From Octopus vulgaris (Eukaryota), in NCBI GenBank assembly GCA_951406725.2, contig OX597824.1:19840001-19904000 (forward strand): a DNA stretch of 64,000 nt, written 5' to 3'. Position 1 is the first letter of the stretch. Each line of letters starts with the position of its first letter. The position numbers and the translations under genes are program-made. Below are positions 38,614 to 52,487 of the stretch, piece after piece. The notes under the pieces are model-generated. The model did not search any database, was not told the origin of the DNA, and saw only the letters and a program-made list of their open reading frames with translations.

Positions 38614-38882
38614 AATTAAGCAAAACATCAAGCTGCCAGCTGAGTTCAAATACTGCTGAGGTCAGCTGTGCCTTTCATCCTTTTGGGGGTGGGGGGGTTA
38701 TAAAATAAAATGCCGGGGTTGATGTAACCAACTCTCCCCCCACACACACACACACATACATACACATTTTACTTCATGATTGCTGGCTTTATGCCAAAAT
38801 TAGAATTCTCTGTTAGTAATTAATTTATTCACCTAGATTTTATCCTTGCCTATATCTCTCTGTCTCTCTCTCTATATATATA

Positions 38883-38941
<59 letters not shown>

Positions 38942-38961
38942 ATGTATAGAGAGAGTGGTAT

Positions 38962-38992
<31 letters not shown>

Positions 38993-41699
38993 CACACACA
39001 TTCATACATGCACATATTCACATTTGTTTGTGAAAATATGCATTTATGTTGATATTTCACTTGGAACATTTGACCAAATTAGTAGTTCGTGTTGACATTC
39101 CTCGTTGGCATTAAGGCCAGTTGCTGTGCATTCAATGACTTTTAGGATATGAAATTCCTTTACCTGAAAAGCAGGTAAGCATCGGCTGCAAGAAGAGCAT
39201 CGGACCATGAAATCCTGCCTTCAAAATAACTCCCCATCTAACCCATGCCACCATAGAAAAATAGACATCAAACAAGCAAAAGAATATACATGCATATATA
39301 TATATATATATGTGTGTGTGTGTACATAGATATATATATGTATATATATATATATTTAATGTTTTTGCTATATTATATTCTGTTTATTCCATGCTAACAC
39401 GGCTGAGATGGGTTTTACAAATTCGTACAGCAACTGCATTTTCGCAGTAATTGTTTTTGCAGCTGGATATGAAGTTCTCTGTGATGTAAGAATAGAAACT
39501 AAGGCAAACAGAATTTTGTGTATGTCTGGCAGAGCGGTGGATGGCGGTGGCGGTGGAAGGGGTTAGGATGGGGGGGATCGGGGAGTGGGTGTTTCAGAAC
39601 ACCTAGAATGGCTGTAGTGAGTGTTTCGGTTCCGTTTGGTTATTATCTGTAAACAAAATAACCTTTTCAACTGTAACTAAAACAAACAGGACTTGATATT
39701 TTCGATGTTTCCTGCTCTCAGGGAATTGAGTGTGTGCCAACGTGGAAGAACAGATAGATAACACTGAAAAAGAATTCCAGTGTTCCTACAGAGAAAAAAA
39801 TTGCAGTTTAGGCATGATGACATGGCATTCTCTTCCTCTGTCAGAACAACATTTATAAGCAGGAGACCTCCAAGAATATGAGAACAATGAAATTAAATAG
39901 AATGGTCAAATTTTTTTTTTCTCCTTTTCAAATTACGAATTGTCATTAGCCAAACTCGTGGAATTTGTTCCAAAATTCATTTATTTCATCAAAAACAATA
40001 AATGCCGTGCTTTCACAATTTCATTCATTCTTAGTTTTATTCATAATTCAGGTCTTTGAATTTTTTGTTAGTTTTCATTATAACTCGAGTTTTAATTCTC
40101 ACCTGGAGCTGTTTTGCTCAAACCTTTATACCTACCTGTGTTACTCACCTTTTTTTTTTTTTTTTTTTACCCGTGGACCCCTATCATTCCTGTTTTACTC
40201 AGCTGTACCCCTCTTTGCCATTTGATGGTTTAAAAATATATTTCTATAATTAAATATTATTTGTGAATTGTATAAAAAAAATTAAGATATTTTTCTGTAA
40301 TTTAGAAGTACAACCAATTTATTACAGACCAGCAAAGTCGTAGCACTAAATTCTTTTGTTTTCTTCAAAATTAATTGAAATAAAGGCCATGTAGTCCAAC
40401 AGAAATATGGTAAAAAATGAGTGAAAGAATAATTCATCACACCCACTCACATCATATCACAATGCAAGTTCTTCAAGTCTTAATTATATTTAAAGAACAT
40501 CTAATGTTTTTGCAAGATTCTCAGGATATTCTTCCTGTGTGGTTACATCTGTAAGTAAAAGACAGCTATAATTACAGAAATTGCCACTTGCCTTCCAGCA
40601 CCCAGTGGCAAAGAAACCCCTACTTCTACTGTATCAAGTATCGACTTCGCGCTTAATTTTCTATGCGCCAACAGAAGAGGAATAATTCTATTATTACCTT
40701 AGTTCTTGCTTCATAAGAATACCAATGGATTCATTTCACTCTCTTGTCCTTCTACAAGACTTTGTTGTATTGGATCTCTCTTTCCCCGCCTCCACACGAG
40801 TTTCTGGAACCTGATTGGTCACAACTACCTACAATCATAGGTCTGTCTGCTTGGTACTACAAGACTGACCATAAATGTGCCAAACCTGTTGGAGGAATAT
40901 CGAAAATATCCCCACCCCCCGTAGCCCTTCGGCAAAGCACACACATACATCAGTGAAACTTAAGTATGTAATTAGTTGAACAGTATCACTTTATAGATGG
41001 TGTGGTTAGGGGCAGGAACAGTGTTCAACCATAAACAATATTCTTGTCAACCAAGCATCTGGTGAGAGTCTGGTGGTGGTGGCAGTGATGGTGGTGGTGG
41101 TGGTGGAAGAGGACAACAGAAGTGGTGTTACCATGGTGGTGGTGTTGGTGGTGCAAGTGATGTGGGGGTGATGTGCTGGAACCAGGTTATCACCCACTAA
41201 TGGTACAGCGAAAGTCTGTTTTAGTGACACTGGTACCAAATGTAAATTAACTCTGCAGTCTGACAGATTTAATGGCATGACTACCAGGGGTGGGGGGGGT
41301 CTCCCTCACCCACCCACCCTGCACTGCTCCCTCCTCTCTCTCTCTCTCTCTCTCTCTCTCCCCAACTCTCCAACTAATGATTTTCTCACCCCCACAAGCA
41401 AAATTCCCCTGGCTCTTGTGCTAATATCTTTATATTAATTATAACATCTTCCCTGCCTAATCAATGCCGGTACTTCTACCACCACCACCACCACCACCGT
41501 CACTAACCACTGAAACCACCAATACCATTATCTACCACTACTGCTCCCACCACCATTACTCCTACCACAGCTACTAACAACAACACTACTACTACAACAA
41601 CAACCACCACAACTACTACGATTACTACCACTGCTTCTACTGCTGCTAACATAGCCCCAGGTGGTCTCACATTTATTCGGGTTACCTTATTCTTGCTAA

Positions 41700-41917
41700 A
41701 AATTCCTCTTAATCACATTGGCATCGCATTTCCTTCTCGAATGGCAGCCGTTTCCGCTGAGCCTGTTTCCTGCTCTTCCGTTGTTTTTGTTTGTTTTTTT
41801 GTGTTTTTTTTTTTTGCTTCTTTTTTCTCCCCCCCCCCCCCACCTCTCCCCCATTGTCTCCGTCTAGTTCCATCTCTCCTGTCAACGGAGGTTACTCAAC
41901 ACTCACACTCACACACT

Positions 41918-41948
<31 letters not shown>

Positions 41949-42110
41949 AGAGGGGTTCTAACCGCGCCACCCTACTACCATCAACAGTCGGTGGGGGGTG
42001 CGGAGGCGCGCGCGGGGACTCGACTCGCCTTATCTAACTCTCCGTCTATGCAAAATAACAATCCTCCGTCGCTTTACAGTATCACTACCAGTTTCTTCGG
42101 AGATACACAG
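41700..42110. promoter_or_regulatory. CpG-enriched unique segment, candidate promoter/enhancer
   Basis: Local CpG density (cggaggcgcgcgcgggg, accgcgcc) far above surroundings; several ETS-like ttcc(g/t) sites and a cttatct GATA site; no repeat family recognised. Confidence 0.3.
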
Positions 42111-42714
42111 AGAGAGGGCACGATCGAGAGAAACATATCTATATATATATATATATATACACACACATATATATATGTATATATATATGTGTGTATAGTT
42201 ATGCTGAGTGCTTGTGGTGCCCAAGCTCTTTTCCTCATTGATTCTTTTACATCAAGTGTCATATTTCTAGTATTTAGCATGGGGAAGAAGAGATCAATAG
42301 AGCTATAAGATCTTAAGGTTATGCGGGTAATGTTAGTTATTGTATTGATCCTTTTGGGAACCAATAAATCATGGGGGTTTTTTTTTTGTTTTTTTTTTGT
42401 TTTGTCTTTTGTTGGAGGGGGAGCTGTTTTTGTTTTGTTTGTTTGTTTTTGTGATTTTTAGAATGAGGGTATACTTTTTTCTTTTTGCTTCACCGTTTGC
42501 TTGGTTTTTTTTTTTTCCTGATTTTTTGATTTTTTTTTTTTTACATATTTCTTATTTCAATTTTTTTTTCTTTTTGTTAAATCCGTATATGACATCTGCA
42601 AGTGAGATAAAATGTTGAAGTACCTTAGACAGAGAGCCAAATAAGCACTAGGTTCTGTAATGTAATTTCTTTTTTTTTTTGTTGTTTTTGTTTTTGTCTC
42701 CTCCTTCCCTCCCT

Positions 42715-42746
<32 letters not shown>

Positions 42747-43273
42747 ATCCATATGGCTTTCCTTGTTTCTATCTACATGTTGGCACATTCTCTCTGGTGA
42801 TTGATCATTACTTGGAGTGTGTGTACAAATAAATATACATATGAGTGTGTGTACGCATCATAGGTGGATAGATAAACAGCTAGAAAGACACAGATTGACC
42901 AATAGATAGATAGATAGATAGACACAAATAAATAGATAGGTGCAGATAGATAAATACAAATGGATAGATGAATACAGGTAGATGGATAGATATAGAGAGA
43001 GACGCATGAATTCAACAGAGAAGATCGTAATAGATGCAAACCATAAACGAGCTCTTAAAAATTTGCAAGCGATTATAAACATTTCCTGGCTTTAGTAAGT
43101 TTTTACTTAAAGCTTCAGTCATTAGCAGTTAAGAGGACATCTATTTGTGTTTACATAGAGCTAAATCAATCACTTCTATAGAAATTTAGGTATAAATCAG
43201 CTAAAATAATAATTTGTTTCCCCCTCAGAGATAGATAGTGCAGAGCTGAGAAGATATTTTTTTTCTTTTTTTA

Positions 43274-43303
43274 GCCTTGCCGAAGGCAAGGCAACCTTTC
43301 TAG
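43274..43303 (+). mobile_element. Helitron/Helentron-type terminus (hairpin + CTAG)
   Basis: Perfect 8-bp stem gccttgcc-gaa-ggcaaggc followed 7 nt later by CTAG|T; preceded by a T tract. Confidence 0.4.
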
Positions 43304-43542
43304 TGCTCGTGCAATGAGAAACAAAACGCATCCAGTATACTCGTTACCCAAGTATACTCGGTTCTCAAGTGAGAAGTGCACATGTATGGAACTGAGTCAA
43401 CTCGGCTGTTAATAGTGGTAACTTCCTGGAATTTTCCATATTCCATATGTATTATGCATTTTTTATCTGGACTGGTCAAATAGAGGAACACCAAATTTCA
43501 GCCTAATTACACATTTGTATATGCAGATTTAATCAGTACTGT

Positions 43543-43785
43543 GGTTGGCGAAAGCGTGGTGGACAGCGAAAAACCTGGCTGATGACAGTCAAGGCTGATC
43601 TGGAACCCAACCAAGGCCCCCATATCTACGGTGTTCGCCGCTGGAATAAAAAGTGGCTGGAGATCACGTGGTCATTAGCCTCAAATCGCAAGGCCTGGTC
43701 GGCGTTTGTGAGAGATGCAGCATTGAGGATGAATGAAGCCAGCTCAACCCACCCGGGGTGAATGCTGTCTCAAGACAAGTCAAGT
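43543..43785 (+). mobile_element. 5'-truncated RTE-clade LINE 3' end
   Basis: Open frame 43543-43761 GWRKRGGQRKTWLMTVKADLEPNQGPHIYGVRRWNKKWLEITWSLASNRKAWSAFVRDAALRMNEASSTHPG*; (CAAGT)-like tail; 9-bp TSD agtactgtg at 43535-43543 and 43783-43791. Confidence 0.85.
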
Positions 43786-43814
43786 ACTGTGTGGGTTAAA
43801 GAATGGGAACAGAA

Positions 43815-44137
43815 TTGGTGGTTGGTGTTAGGAAGGGCATCAAGCTGTAGAACAGCCATGCCAAAACTGAAATGCTGAACATTGTAACCAGCAAGATGTG
43901 GTCCTCTAACCCTTCCAATTCTGTTTGAACTGTCCGACTTTTGGCACCATGGGAAGCAGAGATGAAATAATGATTACGATGATGGTGGTTTGGCATTAGG
44001 AAGGGCATCCAGCCTTAGAAACATTGCCAGATCAGACTGGGCCTAGTGCAGCCTTCTGGCTTCCCAGACCCCAGTTGAACCGTCCAACCCATGCCAGCAT
44101 GGAAAGCGGACGCTAAATGATGATGATGATGATGATG
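43815..44137 (+). mobile_element. Two tandem SINE S3 3' fragments (older then younger)
   Basis: ttaggaagggcatc core twice, (GAT)n tail. Confidence 0.8.
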
Positions 44138-44696
44138 TGGTAATTGTCCTTTTATCTTCGGTGTAAATGTAAAGAAATATCTCAGCTCGTTGCTGCCCGT
44201 CTCCACCATTAAATCTAGGTATTGTGTAATTCGTAAGGGTTTTCAGGCTATTAGTCAATTTCTTTCTTTTTGTTTTTTTTTTATTTTAACCTCTCCACTC
44301 AACCACAACTGCTGCCAAAAATGGAAGTGGGCATTTTCATATTTTCTCTCTTTTTTTTTTCTTTTTTATCTTTTTCTTTTCTTTTTTTTTTGTCTTAAAG
44401 CAGCATTAGACAGTATTTTAGTTTCTCAAAGACATCAATCACTGTAAAAACTAGTCTTTTTACAGTGATCATTGCTGCTATTTCCGCCGAGATCTGTACA
44501 ATCTGAGCTATTTAAAATGTCATTGTCTGCAGAGGCGGCTTTATGAAACACACTTTAGCATATGGCCTTTCTAGGGGGGAACTACAATCACTAGCCCCAT
44601 TTCAGGGTAATTTTGAAAGACGTCTTTCGGCATTGATGACTGTGTGCCGGAACCGAGCACACACATCCAAAATCAATTGATAGCACATACACACAC

Positions 44697-44736
<40 letters not shown>

Positions 44737-45076
44737 TTCTATACACACATACACATAAGTAGAGAAAGTCATTATGCTGTCTGGTTCTAGCTGCTTACTG
44801 ACATGCATCAGATTGGATGGTGAAAATGTACCGATGAAGTTTTACTATAGCAAGTGACCTCTGCATGTGTGTGTGTGTGTGTGTGTGCGGATGTGCATAT
44901 GTATGTATGTATGTATGTATGTGTGCCTAACAACGTGGTTTCGTATGGTGTGAATAGGGAAAAAAAAATCATACATTTTTCTAAACGTCTAGAATGAACC
45001 AAGATTAAAACTGACGAGGACTTGTGTATAATTTTTCAGTACATTTCTTTCACACACACACACCCACATACATACA

Positions 45077-45118
<42 letters not shown>

Positions 45119-46360
45119 GACATACACACACATACATATATAGTGAGATAGATAAGTATATATATATATATATATATATATATGTGCGTGTATGTAGGGA
45201 AAAATTTCAGAAAAGCCTATTTCCGTTTCTTAAGCTTATGACATACTTTGACACCTACTCCACCCTGCCCCACCCCCTCCACCACGTGAGTTACACGGTT
45301 GAATCAATTTTCATTTTTTTTTTTTTTTGGTTTTTTTTTTTTTTTTTCGCTGGTAGTTGTTTCTAATTTATTATTATTATTTTTTTTTCATTCCATCTAG
45401 CTTGCAGTCCAAGACTAATCATTCCTTCCTATTTATTCACTAAAGACTCTCCAAACGAAATTTCTTTCTTTCTTTTTTTTTTTTTTTTTTTCTTTTTCTT
45501 TTGGTTTCTTTCTCCCAAAGACCATTTTCTGCTATATTTTCCTCACCATTCTTAGCTAACTCTCCTCCTCTGGACCAACAACCATCTACCATATTTCATC
45601 TTTTTTTTTTTTTTTCCTTTTTGCTTTCTTTGTGGTAGGGTTAGTTTCAGAGTGGGCGTGTCTACTCTTATGTATGCATGAGTGTGTAACACTCCTTGAA
45701 TCTTTTATACTTATTTTTCTTAATGGTTTCTCTATGTAACTTACACCATTTTAACCTGTTAATATCTCGCACTCTGCCACAACTATCAACGTTGACTCAC
45801 GACAGCTATTACGCTTTTTCCTGGCTTTGCTGATTGAGGTGCTTGGGGTCAACCGACACCTTGAAGACCACTTATCTTTGAAGTCTGGTCTTCAATCTCT
45901 TGGTTTCTATTTGCTAAAATGCTAAGTTATGGAGGATGTAAACAAACAATTACTGTCAACCACACAGTTCCAGGTTCAGTCTCACTGTGTAGCACCATGG
46001 GGCAAGTATCTTCTTGGGTCGGCCAAAACCATGTGGGTGGATTTGGTAGAGGGGAATTGAAAGATGCTCATTGTGTGTGTGTGTCTGTCTGTCTTTGTCT
46101 CTGATCACTACTTGACATCCCTGCAACTTAGCAGTTCAGCAAGAGACACTGATAGAATAAGTGGTGGACTTTAATGAAACAAATTCTGGAGTTGATTTAT
46201 TCAACCAGAACCTTTCAAGTGCCCCCCAGCTTGGCTACAGTCTAATGACTGAAACAGGGGTGGGGAGAAACAAAGAGGATCAAAAGGCCCACACGGTCAC
46301 GTGACCTGCTGGAAACAGCAGCTAATACGCTCTTAAGTAACACCACCCTATAGTCTTTAA

Positions 46361-46579
46361 CCCTTTAGTATTTAAACCAGCTTTATCCGGCCAAAATAGC
46401 TAATCTATTTTATGTTCAAACTGAGCAGATCCAGGCTCTCACACCTACCCTACAATGTTATTCTACATTAAGTAATTACACCATCAAGATCTTGAAGACA
46501 TGAGATAATGCATGATTAATTCAAATCAATGGGAATCAATAGGCATTATGTTTGATAGAATAATCTGAACGCTAAAGGG
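46361..46579. mobile_element. TTAA MITE family A (reverse orientation)
   Basis: TTAA at 46357-46360 and 46580-46583; TIR ccctttag / ctaaaggg. Confidence 0.85.
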
Positions 46580-47420
46580 TTAAAGACATTGGATAATTTA
46601 GTGTGAGATAAATTACATCTAAGACGTGATGGTCATGGCTGGAACACCTTGGGTTGTTGGTCTTTGTGGCTGTTCCTGATGGCTAAATGACAATTTCTTT
46701 ATGTTTTTGCTTATTGTTACCTTTGTATATCCTGGTCTTGTGATGTATATTGGCTAGCCTACATGGCCTACATGTGATTATCTGTTATGTAGTGGTGTAA
46801 GTAGAAGCTGTCTGAGAGACTTCACCTAAATGACTCTCACACACATCTGCATACACACACTTATACACACACACACACACAGACACATCATGCTATACAC
46901 CACAACACACTTGTGATAAGGTTGTGTAAACATGCTTTTTGACCTCAGCTTTTGAATACAAGCACCATGCTCTGGCTGCCCCTTATCATGAAAAGTGCTG
47001 GTTAGTGTGTGGGGACGGGGGGGGATAATGTGTCTCCTACCCAGCCACCCCTTTCGACCACTGCTACTATCACCTCTCAAATTTGTCACAATGATAAATT
47101 AAGGTCCTTTTTTTTTTTTTTTTAATGGGGGTGAGCTAACCAAAAGAGTACGGGGGGGGGGGGGGCAGCCTTGCTTGTTGCTTTTCAACCCTCCAGGGTC
47201 GGTAAAATAAGTAGCTTTTGAATACTGAGGGTCGATGTAACCCACTAAACTCCTCCCTATCAAAACTTCAGGCTTTGAGCTTGTAATAGAAGCAATTATT
47301 TACTGCAAATTATCAGCTGTCCTCTATGTTATGGATGGAGTTCAATTCTTTTAGTCTTGTTCTTTGTTTTTTACCTGATGGGTTTATAACCACCTCCGTC
47401 CTCCCCTGTAGTCTAATCTG

Positions 47421-47474
<54 letters not shown>

Positions 47475-48289
47475 TTATTTATTAGGGTTAGTGATGTCTG
47501 AGTGACTGGTACAGTGGTTCAAACTCCCAGTATATGACCTAAGATTTAACTCAAGTGACCTCTCTGGAATGTGTTGTCATCTTATCTTATTGTTGTTGGT
47601 TTAAAGGTCAAACTGATTGAGTTGCTTTCTGGGTAACACATCTGTCATCTTTTACATGGACAAATCTGGGTCAGACCCTCACATAGATGTTACTTTGAAT
47701 TATGAGTACCACCTCCCCTCCTTATTTCATACTTTTCTCTTCGTTTTTTTTTTTGTTTGTTTTTCGTTTTCTTTTTTTTTTTTTTTTTTCATTTTAGAAT
47801 TGCATTGCCGAATTCCTTAGTACAACTTTTTTCTGTCCCACTACTAAAAGAAAAATATAAAAGCAACAATAACTGGTTCTCCTTTGTGAATGCCAGTAGG
47901 AATTTTGCTTGTTTTAAAATATTAGCTGGTTTATTAAATAAAATGGGTGAGCCATCTATAGCCATGGTTGGTATGTAAGTACGGGGTTGATGATATGCGC
48001 CATAGTTTCTCTGATTAAATTTTTTTTTTCGTCGGGTACCTATGTAGTTGCACGCAGCCGTAAGACCCTCATCTTGTGGCTACCTTAGTTCTGGCTCGGT
48101 AGTGCATACAAGATGTGACACCTGGAGAAAGTGGGGGAGAGAGAGAGGGCTGCATCAGTACTAGACTTGCATTCGCTTTCGGCTGAGTATATTGGAGCAA
48201 CACGTAAATGAAATAACTTGCTCAAGGACGCCACCGTGTATTGTGTGAAATCCAGAAATCAAACCCATAAACTTATGATCGTATATATA

Positions 48290-48482
48290 CATATATTAAA
48301 AACGTGACCGCGTGTGTACCGTTGGCGATTTTTTCCCTCTGTCTTTCCTTCTCCTATGTTTCCGACAAAGAGCTCCGCTCGAAACGTTAAACCCTCCTTC
48401 TTTCCTGAGCGTCCAATAATACTATATTTGTTCTACGTCCTCGCGTTGTGTTTTTTTGTGCTTTCTTGTTTGGATTAACTTT
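48290..48482 (+). mobile_element. Penelope-like terminal-repeat remnant with degenerate hammerhead (48358-48392)
   Basis: gttt CCGACAA a gagc-tcc-gctc GAAA cgtt aaac; flanked by (TA)n; shares ttcctgagcg...taatac with 20752-20940. Confidence 0.6.
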
Positions 48483-48539
48483 ATATATATATATACACAC
48501 AAACACACACACACACACACACACATATAGAACAGGGGA

Positions 48540-48630
48540 GTATAGTGTGAAGAATAGAGGTTTATTCGATTCTTTTACAGCTGTTTCATAATCGTGTTTT
48601 CTTCAATAGGAATTACACCACTATTCACAC
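48540..48630 (-). mobile_element. Possible Penelope-like remnant with degenerate hammerhead
   Basis: Minus strand TTGAAGA aaacacgattat GAA acagctgt A aaagaat with palindromic stem III. Confidence 0.4.
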
Positions 48631-49277
48631 TTGTGTATATGTATTATATATATATATAGTCTGAAATACTGGCATCGTTATCTGTTAGTGTCCGTATATT
48701 TGGTGCTTATTTCTACACAGTGCCACAAACTTGGATCGTTTTCATCTCATAGTAAACGGTATCATAGTAATTTTGTCCAGCAAGTCAGGCTTGTTCTTGG
48801 CCGGGCCATTACATTCTACATTCTTTAAGACACACGACTCGTTCATTTGAAGGGGTTTTTTTTAAAGTTTTTGCTACTAGAAATTATCGCCTTCTTCTTC
48901 CATTATGCAAGTTTTTACAAAGGCCCTGTTAATGTGTACAGAATATGTAAAGTTAAGAAGAAAAAACAAAAGAAATAATAAAAGATTCAGTGTTAACGAA
49001 ATCATTAAAGTGATCGCTTCTTTAGTTACAAAGGCCCACGTCGTTTTATTAGCTTTGTTGAGTTCGTTGACTTAAAAATCTTTCCTTGTATTACTTGGTG
49101 TTTATTTTATCAACGATGTATGACCCTGGAAAGTGTTGAATTAAATATGTGTGAAGTTTCTAGCTCAGCTCTTTACCATCTGTGCCAATTAACCAACGAA
49201 TTTTGGCATTCGTAAACAAAAAAAAAATTATAAGTGAAAAAAAAAAAATCAAGTGCGCGCGTGTGTATGTGCGTGAG

Positions 49278-49308
<31 letters not shown>

Positions 49309-49444
49309 AAAAAAATAGGAAAATCTTTTATTAGATTAGATAGAATTATTTATTTAGAATTAAGCCTATTTCAGTCATACATCATCTTTTCACTCCTTTG
49401 GAATTGATAAAATGAGTACCAGAATGTCTACAAGTCTGTGTATG

Positions 49445-49486
<42 letters not shown>

Positions 49487-49918
49487 AATTAATTTGTCTC
49501 CACCACCACCGCCTTCTGAGAAAAGCAAGGCCTTGTGTGTAAAGTAACGTCACTGTTACCGCCTCCACCACCATCATCATCATCATCATTGCCGCTGTAA
49601 CATAAACTTTATTACTCCAAGGGAGACAATCACCGACTGAATTAGATTTCACTATGTACTGCTAATATGTTACAGAGATAAGTTCCCTTCCTTCCCCCAC
49701 TTTGCCCCTCCCTTTCACGCACACAACCCCTCTCTGTCTCACTTTCATTGTTTCTTTCTTTCTCTCTCTCTCTCTCATCTGTGGTCTACGTTTTCGTAAA
49801 TTTTTTTGTTTTTTAAAATTAAGGCATATTTTTACCGAGTTGAACAAAATTTTGTGTCTGTGTGTTTGTATACCTGCGTGTGTACGCACATGTACATCGC
49901 CTCGCTTAAACGTGTATA

Positions 49919-49958
<40 letters not shown>

Positions 49959-50045
49959 TGTTTGTATGTATGTAAAGATATAAGTCTTATAAACAGAGAA
50001 ATGAACTCAATGCATGAGGGCAGTGTTTATATATATATATATATA

Positions 50046-50225
50046 CACGTAAAAAGCACCCACTACACTCACGGAGTGGTTGGCGTTAGGAAGGGCATCC
50101 AGCTGTAGAAACATTGCCAGATAAGACCGGAGCCTGGTGCAGCCTTCTGGCTCCCCAGATCCCCGGTCGAACCGTCCAACCCATGCTAGCATGGAGAACA
50201 GACGTTAAACGATGATGATGATGAT
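50046..50225 (+). mobile_element. SINE S3 3' part
   Basis: Core and (GAT)n tail. Confidence 0.88.
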
Positions 50226-50837
50226 ATGACGCACAAATAGAAAATGACTCTCCCCAGACACAACAAAATATGCTTCAAAACACGAACTCATATAAAGAAT
50301 CTTGCAAAGCAAATCCAAAAACGAAATAATATTCAAGGGTTTATTTCTTATTTCTGTGCTTGGGTGGGTTTTTTTTTTTTTTTTATCTGGCTATTTCTTA
50401 ATTTTATTTGAATTTTAAGAGTTAGTTTATAACAAAGGTAACATCGCTGGAATTCAGTTAAGAAAAACAATAAGGGGTTACCTGTTGAGATTTTTTCTTT
50501 TTTCCTTTTTTTTTTTTCGTTGTTGTTGCCGAATATATTTGTAAAATGTGCAATTTATAAATCAGAGTAGAGAAGCCCCCCCCCATACATGCGTGTATGT
50601 ATGTATGTAGTTCTCTGAGCTGTATGACTGGCTCTAAAGTGCGGGTCCACGCTGTAAACTGATTGGTATCCAGCCATAGAAACCATGCCAAAACGGACAC
50701 TGGACACATTGGATCCTGAGAAATCATCCAACCCTTAACAGCATGGAATCTAGGACATTAAATGATGATGATGGTGAGGTGAAGTTATGGATGGGAGAGA
50801 ATAGTGGAAGATAAGTGAAAGGCAGTATATGAAGTCT

Positions 50838-50999
50838 TTGGTAAGAAGCTTGCTTCCCTATCACATGGCTCTGGGTTGAGTTCCACTGCGGGGCACCTTG
50901 GGCCTATATCTTCCACTATGGTCTCAGGCTGACCAAAGCTTTGTGAATAGATTTGGTAGATGGAAACTAAAAGAAGCCTGTCATATATGTATGTATATG

Positions 51000-51032
<33 letters not shown>

Positions 51033-51390
51033 CGGTGGCACATAAAATCACCCACTACACTCTCGGAGTGGTTGGCGTTAGGAAGGGCATCCAGCTGTAG
51101 AAACACTGCCAGATCTGACTGGCCTGGTGCAGCCTTCGGGCTCCCCAGACCCCAGTTGAACCGTCCAACCCATGCTAGCATGGAAAGCGGACGTTAAATG
51201 ATGATGATGATGATATTTATGTGTATTTGTGTCGGTGTGTTGATGTCCCCATAACTTAACGGTTTGGCAAAAGAGGCCAATAGAATAAGTACTGGGCTTA
51301 CAAAGAATAAGTCCTGAGGGTCGATTTGTTCGACTAAAGGCAGTGCTCCGGCATGGCTGCTGTTAAATGATTGAAACGAGTAAAAGAATA
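50838..51390 (+). mobile_element. SINE S1 interrupted by an S3 fragment (51031-51214) at its internal microsatellite
   Basis: S1 head and tail flank an S3 core and (GAT)n tail. Confidence 0.85.
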
Positions 51391-51394
51391 CATA

Positions 51395-51798
51395 CCTTTA
51401 TATATAAAAGTCAAGTTGTGCGTCTGTCTCCTACGATTTAGATTCCTAACTACTCCCACATTTTGCGGTGCAGTTTAACCAAAACCGGGTATCTTATAGT
51501 CGTGATTCATATCGAGCCCTTCTGGGCATTAGCGCACGTTTACGATGAGTCTATGATTTTAAAAAAAATTTACCATCATTTTTTCCCCCCATTTTAATGC
51601 ATTTTTTTCGCTATTATATAAGGGAAGTAACTCTCTAAAAATGTCTACGATGAGTCAACGATTTAAAAAAAATTTACCATCATTTTTTTCCCCCCATTTT
51701 TAATGCATTTTTTTGCTATTTTTTGGCTATAACTCTCTAAAAATGCTTATATAGTTATTTCCCTTACAAACCCGAGCAACGCCGGGCGATACTGCTAG
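51395..51798 (+). mobile_element. Non-autonomous Helitron, both ends present
   Basis: 5' A|cctttatatataaaag; 3' hairpin cccgagcaacgccggg (51771-51786) then CTAG|T (51795-51798); no TSD; internal ~105-bp-period duplication at 51541 and 51646. Confidence 0.8.
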
Positions 51799-52266
51799 TA
51801 CATATATATATAATGGTCAGGCGAAAAACTGTTTAGTCCCCCTGCATTATCAGTTTTAACGTCCTGCGTTGGTTGGGCATATTCTGTTTGGTGCAGTGCT
51901 ACACCACAGGGAATGGCCCTTTTGTTATTTCTTGTCTTCATACTTTTTAATTGGTCACACCACACTCAATTTGGCAGTAGGTGGTCCCTCTGTTCAGTCT
52001 ATTTAGACTCTGCATTTTGCCCTCCCATTCAGTCTCCCCTCATTCAAAAACCCCTCATGGTAGCCTTCCCATGCCTTTTGCTTAAGGAAAACGTTTGCCC
52101 CCATCATAATGTACATACTTTCTCCTCAATGTTGTCTTAATCCTCTCTTCTACATTGTCTTACTATCCAGAGCTCCTTGTACCTGTGATCTTCACACAAA
52201 ATGAACAGATCTTTTACTGTCAGCTCTGTCTCTCTCTCCTTGTTACTTATGGTATTTATTCCACCT

Positions 52267-52487
52267 TTAAGGCGGCGATCTGGCAGAAACGTTAGCATGC
52301 TGGGTGAAATGCTTAGCGTTATTTCGTCTGCCGCTACTTTCTGACTTCAAATTCCGTCGAGGTCGACTTTGCCTTTCATCCTTTCGGGGTCAGTTAAATA
52401 AGTACCAGTTACGCACTGGGGTCGATGTAATCGATTTAATCCGTTTGTCCTCTCTGTGTTTAGCCCCTTGTGGGTAGTAAAGAAATA
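52267..52487 (+). mobile_element. SINE S2 inserted in the RTE relic
   Basis: Perfect 16-bp TSD ggtatttattccacct at 52251-52266 and 52488-52503. Confidence 0.92.
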
